A DNA stretch of 32,000 nt from Clostridiales bacterium. Its GTDB lineage: Bacteria; Bacillota; Clostridia; Christensenellales; Aristaeellaceae. Under the pieces are notes generated by a model. That model did no database searches, had not been told where the DNA came from, and saw only the letters and a list, made by a program, of their open reading frames with translations. The translations under genes and the position numbers were made by a program. This document shows, piece after piece, positions 7,358-15,461 of this stretch; positions within the stretch are counted from its first letter, which is position 1, and each line of letters starts with the position of its first letter. Location: positions 7,593 to 39,592 of the forward strand of contig SFIM01000018.1 of the NCBI GenBank assembly GCA_004556155.1, read 5' to 3'.

Positions 7358-8005
7358 ATGAAAGATAAAGCGCCTCTTGTCAAAACGCAGATTCTCACCA
7401 CGGCCGAAAAAATGTTCCACGATTATGGCTACAACAATACAACCTTCCAGCAAATCGCAGATGAAATCGGCATAACCAAGAGCACGATCTCCTATCATTT
7501 CAAAAACAAATATCTGCTCCTGCTGTACATGATCGACGAGTACTTTCAGTACCTGCGCGATTTCATCGATCAGTATCCCGACGAATATCAAAACGCCTAC
7601 TGGCGCATCTGCGTGATGTACATTTATTTTTACCGCGTGATCACCAGCAGCGAAAAGAACCTTGATCTATTCTATCGCAAGGACGCTATGGACGTCTGGG
7701 AAACCAGCAAGGTCGGCATCGTCAGCAATCACTATCGCGCCATCATCCGCGATTTTCACAAGCCCTTTGACGAACTGGATCTGCGCATGTCGGTCTGCAT
7801 GGATTTGGGCGCGCGCCGCAGGCTGTATCATGAGTTTCTCAGCGGCAATTCTGACCTGCAGAACATTGATACCTTCTGCTATTACCACGTATATCTGATC
7901 GGCATACTGTGCAGGCTTGATCTGCCTACGATTCAGGAAAACCTGCGACTGGCCTTTGACTTTGCCAACAAATACACGCCCGAGGTACCCTTCCTGCTGC
8001 AATAA
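7358..8005 (+). CDS. TetR/AcrR family transcriptional regulator
   Basis: N-terminal HTH signature ILTTAEKMFHDYGYNNTTFQQIADEIGITKSTISYHFKNK. It is the only convincing long plus-strand gene and diverges from the hydroxylase operon. Confidence 0.9.
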   Translation: MKDKAPLVKTQILTTAEKMFHDYGYNNTTFQQIADEIGITKSTISYHFKNKYLLLLYMIDEYFQYLRDFIDQYPDEYQNAYWRICVMYIYFYRVITSSEKNLDLFYRKDAMDVWETSKVGIVSNHYRAIIRDFHKPFDELDLRMSVCMDLGARRRLYHEFLSGNSDLQNIDTFCYYHVYLIGILCRLDLPTIQENLRLAFDFANKYTPEVPFLLQ

Positions 8006-8014
8006 AACGCAAAT

Positions 8015-8057
8015 CAAAAAACAGACCGCAAGCAATTTGCCTGCGATCTGTTTTTTT
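8015..8057. terminator. bidirectional intrinsic terminator between tetR (+) and xdhC (-)
   Basis: The stem ACAGACCGCAAG (8021-8032) / CCTGCGATCTGT (8040-8051) pairs at 10 of 12 positions. It is flanked by an A-run (8015-8020) and a T7 run (8051-8057). Confidence 0.7.
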
Positions 8058-8073
8058 GATCAGAGAATCCGTA

Positions 8074-9072
8074 TTAATGCATGGGGCAGCCATGATGCGC
8101 TTCCTGCCCGCCCTCGCGGCGCAGCGCGCGCACATAGATCATTTCCCCCGCGATGCTTACGGCGATTTCCGCCGGGGTAACAGCTTTGATGGCCGTGCCG
8201 ATGGGCGTATGCACAACGGCCAGGCGATCATCCGTCACGCCCCGCTCACGCAGGCGCGCATTGACTGAGGCAGTTTTCTTGGCCGATCCAATCACGCCCA
8301 CATAGGCATGATCGGCCTGCAAGGCCTGCAGCTCCACCTCGAAATCATGGCTGTGGGCGTTGGTCATGATGACGATATAATCATCGGGCAGAAGCGCCAG
8401 CGAATCGGCGATATGGTCAAAATCGCCCACGATCACCTGATCTGCATCCGGGAAGTTGACCTGATTGACGCACTCCGGCCGGCAATCATACACGACAGGG
8501 CGAAAATTGATGGTTTTCAGCAGCGGCACCAGCGACCGGGCAATGTGCCCCGCGCCAAAAATCAGCGCGCGCTCTCCCAGCGGCAGAGGCAGCAGCACAT
8601 GCTTTTCCTCCGGCGCAGGCGCTGCGCCCGCCAACAGCTGCCCATCCGCGCCAATCAGCGCGGCCAGGCCGCCGTTCAGCCCCAGGCTCAGATCAGCCGG
8701 AGTCATCTCGGCAAAGCACTGCATGGCCTTTTGCGCCAGGCTGTTCCAGCGCGCATCCGTGCCCGGAATGCGGGTAAACAGCACCGTCACGTCGCCGCCG
8801 CACACCATGCCGATATCCTCAATTTTGTTCTTTTGCAGATGGAATTCATGCAGCCCACTCTGCTTTTTTCCAAGCAGCTCTATGGCCATCTGCTCGCTGC
8901 GCAGCTCAACGGCGCCGCCGCCGATGGTGCCAACCAAGCGGCCCTGCGCGCCCACAAGCATCTGGCTGCCCTTGCCGCGCGGGGCGGATCCGTCATCCGC
9001 CACGATGGTGGCCAGCATGGTATCGTGGCCCTTTTCCATTTCATAAAGCAGCTTTGCAAAGATCGAACGCAT
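8074..9072 (-). CDS. xdhC: XdhC/CoxI family Mo-hydroxylase maturation (MoCo insertion) protein
   Basis: N-terminal XdhC/CoxI signature (ATIVADDGSAPRGKGSQMLV...GTIGGGAVE). A Rossmann-like second domain follows (ALIFGAGHIARSLVPL...GVIGSAKK). Confidence 0.85.
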   Translation of the reverse strand: MRSIFAKLLYEMEKGHDTMLATIVADDGSAPRGKGSQMLVGAQGRLVGTIGGGAVELRSEQMAIELLGKKQSGLHEFHLQKNKIEDIGMVCGGDVTVLFTRIPGTDARWNSLAQKAMQCFAEMTPADLSLGLNGGLAALIGADGQLLAGAAPAPEEKHVLLPLPLGERALIFGAGHIARSLVPLLKTINFRPVVYDCRPECVNQVNFPDADQVIVGDFDHIADSLALLPDDYIVIMTNAHSHDFEVELQALQADHAYVGVIGSAKKTASVNARLRERGVTDDRLAVVHTPIGTAIKAVTPAEIAVSIAGEMIYVRALRREGGQEAHHGCPMH

Positions 9073-9088
9073 ATCGCAGTCCTTTCCG

Positions 9089-9117
9089 GCGGGAGGGAGA
9101 GGCTTTCCCCCTCCCGC
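9089..9117 (-). other. stem-loop between the binding-protein gene and xdhC
   Basis: GCGGGAGGG (9089-9097) pairs with CCCTCCCGC (9109-9117). No clear U-tract follows, so this is more likely an attenuating or stabilising hairpin than a full terminator. Confidence 0.4.
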
Positions 9118-9129
9118 GCCATGAAACGA

Positions 9130-10176
9130 TTATTCTTTTACGAAGGCGTTGGCCGTCAGCTGGTGATACAGCTCCTGGGTCAGCTCGCAGTGATAGAACA
9201 GATCGAAGTAGGTCTTTACTTCCTCATACAGGTCGTAATCAGCCGCTTCAGGATAGAGCACCTTCTCCATCCACATCACGCCCAGCAGGCGCTGCACAGA
9301 GGGCGGGAAGCCCATCCAGTTGTAGGGGCCCATGGGAACTTCCACATAGTTGCCGTTCCGGATGGCGGTGATGGTCTGCCAGGTATCCATGTCCGCAACG
9401 GTGCTGTAGATGCTGTCGGGGGCAAAGATGACGAAGTCCGGGTTCCAGGACAGGATCTGCTCCATATCCACCTCGTTGCCCGTGCCCTTGGAGGAGGGAT
9501 TGTCCACAACCGCCAGGTTGCTGGCCACCATGTCGATCAGCTCGGCATGATAGGAACCCTTGGCAATCACATTCAGACCTTCAGCACCGGATACGTACAG
9601 GATATTGGCCTTTTCAACGCTATCGGCGATCTTCTTGGCGCGCGCCATGACATTTTCACAGTAGGCCGCCAACGCTTCGGCTTCCTCCTGCTTGCCCAGC
9701 AGCTCGCCCAGCTTGCGGTAGGCGTCGCCAGCCGTGCCAGTATGGGTGGTGATATGCACAAAGGGGATGCCGGTCTGCTCAGTCAGCGCATCCAGATCTT
9801 CCTTCACGGTCTTCTTGGGTTCGCCCACGTCGATGACCACATCGGGCGCGGCGGCCAGCAGCGTTTCCAGGTTCATTTCGCCCTTGCCGCCGTACAGCTG
9901 ACCCAGCAGGGGCAGGTTGTAATACGCGGTGGGCAGGATGCCCTCGGCGCTCTTATCCCAGGCGTTGGCAACGCCCACCAGCATTTCTGGCGCAAGGGCA
10001 AAGACGAATATCTGCGCCAGCGGGCCGGAAATGGCGATCCTGGTGATGTTGGCGGGCAGCGTTACCTCGCGTCCCGTGGAATCCACGAACGTGCGCATTC
10101 CCTCCGCCGAGGCGAAGGAGCACAGGCCGCACGCCAGGCACAGCGCAAGCAGCAGGGACAGGAACTTTTTCATCAT
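9130..10176 (-). CDS. ABC transporter substrate-binding lipoprotein, cluster-A (FecB/BtuF/siderophore-cobalamin type)
   Basis: Lipoprotein signal MMKKFLSLLLALCLACGLC. The body is typical of Fe-siderophore/B12-type periplasmic binding proteins (REVTLPANITRIAISGP..., APDVVIDVG). Start placed at ATG 10176 because AGGAGG lies 8 nt upstream. The track ORF extends to 10233. Confidence 0.8.
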   Translation of the reverse strand: MMKKFLSLLLALCLACGLCSFASAEGMRTFVDSTGREVTLPANITRIAISGPLAQIFVFALAPEMLVGVANAWDKSAEGILPTAYYNLPLLGQLYGGKGEMNLETLLAAAPDVVIDVGEPKKTVKEDLDALTEQTGIPFVHITTHTGTAGDAYRKLGELLGKQEEAEALAAYCENVMARAKKIADSVEKANILYVSGAEGLNVIAKGSYHAELIDMVASNLAVVDNPSSKGTGNEVDMEQILSWNPDFVIFAPDSIYSTVADMDTWQTITAIRNGNYVEVPMGPYNWMGFPPSVQRLLGVMWMEKVLYPEAADYDLYEEVKTYFDLFYHCELTQELYHQLTANAFVKE

Positions 10177-10235
10177 GAAGGTTTCCTCCTTGACGGGCTT
10201 GTTCAGCCCTTCATATTTCTGTCGGTTTTTCACCG

Positions 10236-10958
10236 TTACAGACTGTTTACGTTCAGCGTAATCAGCGCGAGATTCCGCTGCATCGGCAGCTCCAATGGGA
10301 ACGCAGGGTCGTCCGTTTCGCGCAGGCGGTTCCTCAGATAATCCTCCGCCGCGGCGCGCTTGTTTTTATCCTGGCTGTACAGGCGGAAGAACCGCCGCGC
10401 ATCCTCCATATTGCGGAAGGGCTGGTTCAGGCTGAGCGTCATCTCCTTTTCCTCAAAGGGCACGCCCATGGCGCGCAGACGCTCGGCAGCGCCCGCATAG
10501 CCGTCGGCCTTTTTTCTGACCATGCCGGCGGAAAAGCGGTGATATGGCTCGTTGCGCTTGACGATCAGGATATTGCCGCGGCACATGCGTCTGGAAATAT
10601 CCAATATCTCACCCAATTGGCCGTACAGGCAAAAGATCATCGCGTCAAAGGGCGCGTGGACGGTTACATTTTCAATCCGCTCACATTGCGCGCAGATGTT
10701 GCCAATGCGCTGCGCCGTGCAGTTTTCGCGCAGCACGGCAATGGCGCTTTCACTTTGATCAATCGCCGTGATTTGCCGCACATACGGGGCCAGCGCCAGC
10801 GAAAGATAACCCAGGCCGCAGCCTGCGTCACATATGCTATCCTGCGGGTGCAGGTAGGGCAGCATCATGTCGCGCAGGCGCGCATTATAATCGCTGTGCG
10901 TGGCTGCATCGCGCATGAAGCGCACCATATCCGGACGCCACATCGACATGGTCGTCAT
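10236..10958 (-). CDS. class I SAM-dependent methyltransferase embedded in the ABC importer genes
   Basis: SAM-binding motif I ICDAGCGLGYLSLALAP. ATGA overlap with the upstream ATPase gene (10955-10958). Confidence 0.75.
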   Translation of the reverse strand: MTTMSMWRPDMVRFMRDAATHSDYNARLRDMMLPYLHPQDSICDAGCGLGYLSLALAPYVRQITAIDQSESAIAVLRENCTAQRIGNICAQCERIENVTVHAPFDAMIFCLYGQLGEILDISRRMCRGNILIVKRNEPYHRFSAGMVRKKADGYAGAAERLRAMGVPFEEKEMTLSLNQPFRNMEDARRFFRLYSQDKNKRAAAEDYLRNRLRETDDPAFPLELPMQRNLALITLNVNSL

Positions 10959-11731
10959 AGGCTGCCTCCCCTATGCGGCACAATCACGCGCCCCTGCTGG
11001 GTATCCACAAAATCTACCTCCACTTGGTAAAGCTGCCAGATCAATTCAGGCGTCAGCGTATCCCCCGCGTCGCCCAGCGCCGCGACGCCGCCGTCATGCA
11101 GCGCCAGGATACGATGTGAAAACGTCAGCGCGTGCTGCGGGTTATGCGTGGACAAAAGCACGGTATAGCCCTCCTGCGTCAGGCCGCGCACGCAGGCAAG
11201 CACGCGCAGCTGATTGCCAAAGTCCAGGCTGCTGGTGGGCTCGTCCATCACCAGTATCCGCGATTGCTGGCACAGCGCGCGCGCCACCAGCACCAGCTGC
11301 TGCTCACCGCCGCTGAGATGCGCAAAGCTGCGATCCGCCATATCCTGCACGCCGACGCGCGCCATGGCCTCCCGCGCCTGCCGCACATGCTCGGCGCGCG
11401 GCGCAGCAAAGGGTGACAGCCGATGCGTCACGCCCATCAGCACTGTATCCTGCACCGTATAGCCAAAGGTTGGGCGGTGCGACTGGGGAATATAGGCAAT
11501 CATGCTTGCCATTTCGCGCTGCGCAATGCCGCGCGCCTCGCGGCCATCCAGCAGAATCTCGCCCTGATAATCGCGCAGAATACCTAAAATGCAGCGGAAC
11601 AGCGTGCTCTTGCCCACACCGTTGGGGCCAAGGACGGATAGAAGCTCGCCCGGCCGCGTATCAAAGTTAATATCCTGCAGCACTGGATGATCACGATAGG
11701 CAAAGCTCAGGTTCTTTATTTCCAGCTTCAC
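10955..11731 (-). CDS. ABC transporter ATP-binding protein (FecE/BtuD type)
   Basis: Walker A GPNGVGKST, signature LSGGEQQLV, Walker B ILVMDEPTSSLD. Start set at GTG 11731 (VKLEIKNLSF), which forms a GTGA overlap with the permease stop. The upstream 64 codons of the track ORF lie inside the permease gene. Confidence 0.8.
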   Translation of the reverse strand: MKLEIKNLSFAYRDHPVLQDINFDTRPGELLSVLGPNGVGKSTLFRCILGILRDYQGEILLDGREARGIAQREMASMIAYIPQSHRPTFGYTVQDTVLMGVTHRLSPFAAPRAEHVRQAREAMARVGVQDMADRSFAHLSGGEQQLVLVARALCQQSRILVMDEPTSSLDFGNQLRVLACVRGLTQEGYTVLLSTHNPQHALTFSHRILALHDGGVAALGDAGDTLTPELIWQLYQVEVDFVDTQQGRVIVPHRGGSL

Positions 11732-12759
11732 AGCGCCGTATCCTTTCTGGTCATCAGGTAGATAAAGAAGGGCGCGCCCACAAAGGCCGTCAGGATGCCG
11801 ATAGGTATCTCCGTGGCCAGCAGATTGCGGGATACATTGTCCACCAGCAGCAAAAACAGCGCGCCAAACACCATTGAAGCTGGCAGCAGATGGCGGCAGT
11901 CGTTGCCGATGGTCTTGCGGCACAGATGAGGGATTACCAGCCCCACCCAGCCGATCATGCCGGAAACCGCCACGCTGGCGGCAGTCATCAGCGTAGCGCA
12001 GATCACCGTCAGCAAACGCAGCCTGGGGGTGTTCACCCCCATCGCGCGCGCTTCGTCCTCACCTGCGGATAGGATATTGAGCCGCCAGCGCACTATCAGC
12101 AGCGGCGCGCAGCCCAGCGCCATGGGAATAAAAGCAAAGCGCACATCGCGCATGCGCGCGCCAGAGAAGCTGCCCATCAGCCAATAGGTGATAGCGGGCA
12201 GCTGGTTGCTGGGATCGGCCACCAATTTGATATAGGAAGTCCCCGCTGAAAACAGAGAGGAGATCATCACGCCCGCCAGCAGGATATTGACCGTCCGGCT
12301 GCCGCGCGTGCGGCTGCCAATCAGATAGACCAGCACCACCGTCATCAGGCTGAAGGAAAAGGCCGAGACCATAATCATCGCCCGGCTGCCATCCAGCAGG
12401 ATGGCCAGCGCCGCGCCGAAGCACGCACCCGAGGACGCGCCCAGGATATCCGGGGCAGCCATGGGATTCTGGAACACGCTTTGGTAGCTTGCCCCGGCCA
12501 TTGCCAGGCAGCAGCCCACCATGCACACCAGCAGGATACGCGGCAGACGCACGTTGAGCACAGCGATTTCCATGTTTTTCGTCCAGCTGGCTTCTATGGG
12601 AAATACGCGGGAGATCAGGATTTTGACCACCTGCCCCACCGGCACGTCGTAACGCCCCAGCGAGAAGGAAAGCAGAAACACAAGAACCAGCGCCGCCAGC
12701 AGCAAGGCAATCTGCATCCTGGCGCGCCGTGCGCTCTTTGTAAGCAGGCTATTTTTCAT
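11728..12759 (-). CDS. FecCD/BtuC family ABC permease (type II importer)
   Basis: 343 aa polytopic protein with FecCD-like sequence (PDILGASSGA..., LLAGVMISS..., GLVIPH). ATGA overlap with the modC stop (12756-12759). Confidence 0.85.
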   Translation of the reverse strand: MKNSLLTKSARRARMQIALLLAALVLVFLLSFSLGRYDVPVGQVVKILISRVFPIEASWTKNMEIAVLNVRLPRILLVCMVGCCLAMAGASYQSVFQNPMAAPDILGASSGACFGAALAILLDGSRAMIMVSAFSFSLMTVVLVYLIGSRTRGSRTVNILLAGVMISSLFSAGTSYIKLVADPSNQLPAITYWLMGSFSGARMRDVRFAFIPMALGCAPLLIVRWRLNILSAGEDEARAMGVNTPRLRLLTVICATLMTAASVAVSGMIGWVGLVIPHLCRKTIGNDCRHLLPASMVFGALFLLLVDNVSRNLLATEIPIGILTAFVGAPFFIYLMTRKDTAL

Positions 12760-13820
12760 TGCCTGTCCTCCGCCTCGTCATACAGCAGCAGCACGTTTTC
12801 CGGCGCTACGCCTAATTCCAGCTTCGCCGCAGCAGGCTTGCAATCCTTAGAGAGCCGCCACCACAGCTCAGAGCTGTCGCTTTTTTGGTTCTCATAGCGG
12901 AAGGGCACGGTCAGCTCGAACGGCTCTTCCATGATTTCCCCCAGCTCCACCTGGCAGCGGTTCTGCATACAGCGCAGATTGAAATAATGCGCGCGGATGC
13001 CCACCGCGCACAAACCGTCCAGCACAGGAGCCGCAGTGCGCAGGCGAACGCCCCACTCGGGCACATCCACCTCGTATTCCCCTGCCTTGACGGCCTTTGC
13101 AATGTTCTTGCAGCCCGTCACCGCCGCAGCGGCAATGGTGCCCGGATTGGCAAACAGCCGCTTAGTGGGCTGCAGCGTCAGGATGCGGCCCGTTTTCATC
13201 AGCGCGATGCGGTCGCACAGGCGATACGCCTCGTCCCGGCTATGCGTTACCATCAGCGTCGCGCCCTGATAGGATCGCAGCAGATGCTTCATTTCGATTT
13301 GCAGCTTTTCACGCAAATGAGTGTCCAGCGCGGAGAAGGGCTCGTCCAGCATCAGCAGCTTTGGCTGGCTGATCAGGATGCGCGCCAGCGCTGCGCGCTG
13401 CTGCTGCCCGCCCGAAAGCTGGCTGGGCAGCCGACGCTCCAGCCCTGTCAGGCCCAGCAGCTCCATCACCTCGTGCAGCGCCTGCTCACTCTGCGCGCGG
13501 CTGCGCTTTTCAGCGCGCAGGCCGCAGAGGATGTTCTGCCGCACCGTCATATTGGGAAAGAGCGCATAATTTTGGAAAAGATAGCCCACATGCCGCTTCT
13601 GCGGGGGGAGGTTGATCCTTTTTTCGCTGTCAAACAGCGTTACGCCGTCCAGCTCGATATGACCGCTATCGGGCCGCTCAATGCCTGCGATGCACTTGAG
13701 CGTCATGCTTTTGCCGCAGCCCGAAGCGCCCAGGATGCCCAGCACCCCGTCCTCGCAGGCAAAGGCAACGTGCAGGCAGAAGCTCCCCAGGCGCTTTGTA
13801 ATATCAACCGCGAGACGCAT
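12756..13820 (-). CDS. modC: molybdate ABC transporter ATP-binding protein with C-terminal TOBE-like extension
   Basis: Walker A GASGCGKSM, signature LSGGQQQRAALA, Walker B LLMLDEPFSALD, plus a ~120 aa C-terminal regulatory-type domain. It follows modA and modB. Confidence 0.8.
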   Translation of the reverse strand: MRLAVDITKRLGSFCLHVAFACEDGVLGILGASGCGKSMTLKCIAGIERPDSGHIELDGVTLFDSEKRINLPPQKRHVGYLFQNYALFPNMTVRQNILCGLRAEKRSRAQSEQALHEVMELLGLTGLERRLPSQLSGGQQQRAALARILISQPKLLMLDEPFSALDTHLREKLQIEMKHLLRSYQGATLMVTHSRDEAYRLCDRIALMKTGRILTLQPTKRLFANPGTIAAAAVTGCKNIAKAVKAGEYEVDVPEWGVRLRTAAPVLDGLCAVGIRAHYFNLRCMQNRCQVELGEIMEEPFELTVPFRYENQKSDSSELWWRLSKDCKPAAAKLELGVAPENVLLLYDEAEDRQ

Positions 13821-14484
13821 GCGCGCGCCCTCCCTTCTGCCGGCGTTCCAGCATATTGACCGTCAGCAGCACCACAGCGGAGATGGCCAGGTTGACCATC
13901 ACCCAGAAGAAAGCGCCGCCCTCATCATTGGTGCGCCACAGCTGATAAACAGTTGTGGAGATGGTGGCCGTACGGCCGGGCGTATAGCCAATGAGCATGC
14001 TGGTAGCACCGTATTCACCCAAGGCTCTGGCAAAGGCCAGCACCGCACCGGCCAGGATACCCTGCCGGCAATAGGGCATGCGGATGCGCCAGAAGATGTA
14101 GGTATTGGACAATCCAAGCGTTTGCCCGGCATAGGCCAGGGTATCGTCAAAGTTTTCAAACGCGCCGCGCGCCGTGCGGTACATCAGCGGAAACGCCACC
14201 ACGGACGCCGCCAGGATACCGCCGTACCAGGTCATCACAAACTTGATGCCGAATTGGCTTAGAAACATACCCAGCGGGCGCTTTACACCAAAGAGCAGCA
14301 GGATAAAATAGCCCACCACCGTCGGCGGCAGCACCATAGGCAGCGTCAGCACCACGTCCAGCACGCCCTTGATCCACCGCGGCAGCCGCGCCACATAGTA
14401 GGCGGCGAAGATGCCCGTGAAGAACACAAGAAAGCAGCTGATGGCCGCAATACGCAGCGAGTTATAAAGCGGATACCAATCCAT
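13804..14484 (-). CDS. modB: molybdate ABC transporter permease
   Basis: 226 aa. CysT/ModB-type EAA region FARALGEYGATSMLIG. GGAGGGG RBS precedes ATG 14484. 17-nt overlap with modC. Confidence 0.85.
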   Translation of the reverse strand: MDWYPLYNSLRIAAISCFLVFFTGIFAAYYVARLPRWIKGVLDVVLTLPMVLPPTVVGYFILLLFGVKRPLGMFLSQFGIKFVMTWYGGILAASVVAFPLMYRTARGAFENFDDTLAYAGQTLGLSNTYIFWRIRMPYCRQGILAGAVLAFARALGEYGATSMLIGYTPGRTATISTTVYQLWRTNDEGGAFFWVMVNLAISAVVLLTVNMLERRQKGGRAHASRG

Positions 14485-14506
14485 ACACGCCCCTCCAGCA
14501 GGGAAG

Positions 14507-14534
14507 CCCGGAAAGGCAATCGAGCCTTCCCGGG
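14507..14534 (-). other. intercistronic stem-loop between modA and modB
   Basis: CCCGGAAAGGC (14507-14517) pairs with GCCTTCCCGGG (14524-14534) at 10 of 11 positions, with a 6-nt loop. Confidence 0.5.
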
Positions 14535-14543
14535 CAGTTTATA

Positions 14544-15353
14544 TTAGTTTACCGGCGCAAAGCCAACGCTTTCAAACACAGCCATCGCTTTCTCGCCCAT
14601 CAGGTAGTTCAGGAAGGCCTTGGCTTCTTCAGCGTGCTTGGAGATCTTCAGCACGGCGGCAGGATAGATGACCTGGCCGCACATTTCCTTGGTGGCGTAG
14701 TCAACGGGGGTCAGACCCGCGCTGAAGGCGTCGGTGCAATACACGATGCCGCAGTCCACGCTGCTCTCGGAAACCTGAGTGGTAACTTCCTTCACGTTGG
14801 TGCCGTAGGTGAGCACGCCCTTCTTGGCCAATTCAGCCTCGTCCAGCTGATAATAGGCCAGGATCTTCTGGGTGTACTGACCCACAGGCACATCGCTGTT
14901 GCCCATCGCCAGCAGCACGTCGCCCGCCTTGAGACGCTCGGCCAGCGCATCGAAGCTCTCCACGTTCTTGGGGTTCCCCTCAGGCACGCACAGGGTCACG
15001 CGGTTCTCCAGCAGGTTTACGCGGGTTTCTTCATTGACGAAATCCAGACCGGCAGTGTTGACGGCTGGATCAGCGGTAATATCCAGCTGGTTCATCTGCT
15101 TCTGACCGGCGGAGATAAACAGGTCGCACTCGGCTCCTTCCTGGATCTGGGTCTTGAGGGTACCCGAGGAATCAAAGTTAAACGTCAGGGTTACGTTGGG
15201 CGCAACCTGCGCGTACAGATCGGCAATCTTGGTCAGGGTTTCGGTCATCGAGGCGGCAGCGAGCACAACCAGCTCTACCTTTTCATCGGCCAGGGCGGCG
15301 GTGCAGCCGCACAGCAGCATCAGCGCTACCAGCAGGGCTACGATCTTCTTCAT
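14544..15353 (-). CDS. modA: molybdate-binding lipoprotein
   Basis: Lipoprotein signal MKKIVALLVALMLLCGC. ModA-like body (LVVLAAASMTETL..., DLFISAG..., YPAAVLK). Start set at ATG 15353 rather than 15389 because of the signal peptide and an AAGGAAAAAG RBS. Confidence 0.85.
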   Translation of the reverse strand: MKKIVALLVALMLLCGCTAALADEKVELVVLAAASMTETLTKIADLYAQVAPNVTLTFNFDSSGTLKTQIQEGAECDLFISAGQKQMNQLDITADPAVNTAGLDFVNEETRVNLLENRVTLCVPEGNPKNVESFDALAERLKAGDVLLAMGNSDVPVGQYTQKILAYYQLDEAELAKKGVLTYGTNVKEVTTQVSESSVDCGIVYCTDAFSAGLTPVDYATKEMCGQVIYPAAVLKISKHAEEAKAFLNYLMGEKAMAVFESVGFAPVN

Positions 15354-15461
15354 GGTTCTTTTTCCTTTGCTTTTCGCAAGTGTATTCAAAACGCGGATTT
15401 ACGCGCTTTGTTCGTCTATTGGGAAACGCATTGGTTTGTCTGAAGCTCGCTGTCTGTTCGA

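Noticed and set aside
7319-7591. 90-aa minus-strand ORF opposite the 5' part of tetR
   Set aside because: It lies antisense to a clear TetR HTH-coding region. It has no RBS and no recognisable features.
8308-10341. 677-aa plus-strand ORF, and similar plus-strand ORFs at 6053..7078, 12885..13859, 14634..15443, 15495..16547, 16246..17139, 16580..17440, 18147..19385, 20735..22468, 22057..22935, 23003..24283, 24935..25570, 25588..26562
   Set aside because: The same antisense-artefact signature applies. Each spans one or more well-supported minus-strand genes and even crosses their intergenic gaps. None shows a recognisable motif.
15404-15413. CTTTGTTCG half-site resembling the ATTTGTTC operator arm upstream of modA
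   Set aside because: There is no matching GAACAAAT arm at the N4/N5 spacing and no TATCGATAT block. A single 7/8 half-site is expected by chance.
15354-15461. Possible Moco riboswitch or other leader RNA in the 108-nt gap upstream of modA
   Set aside because: The gap is shorter than I remember the Moco RNA motif to be, and I could not find the conserved blocks I recall for it. It holds only a modest hairpin (AAAGCGCG...CGCGTTTT on the mRNA strand), more consistent with a weak internal attenuator. A covariance-model scan would be needed to exclude the motif formally.
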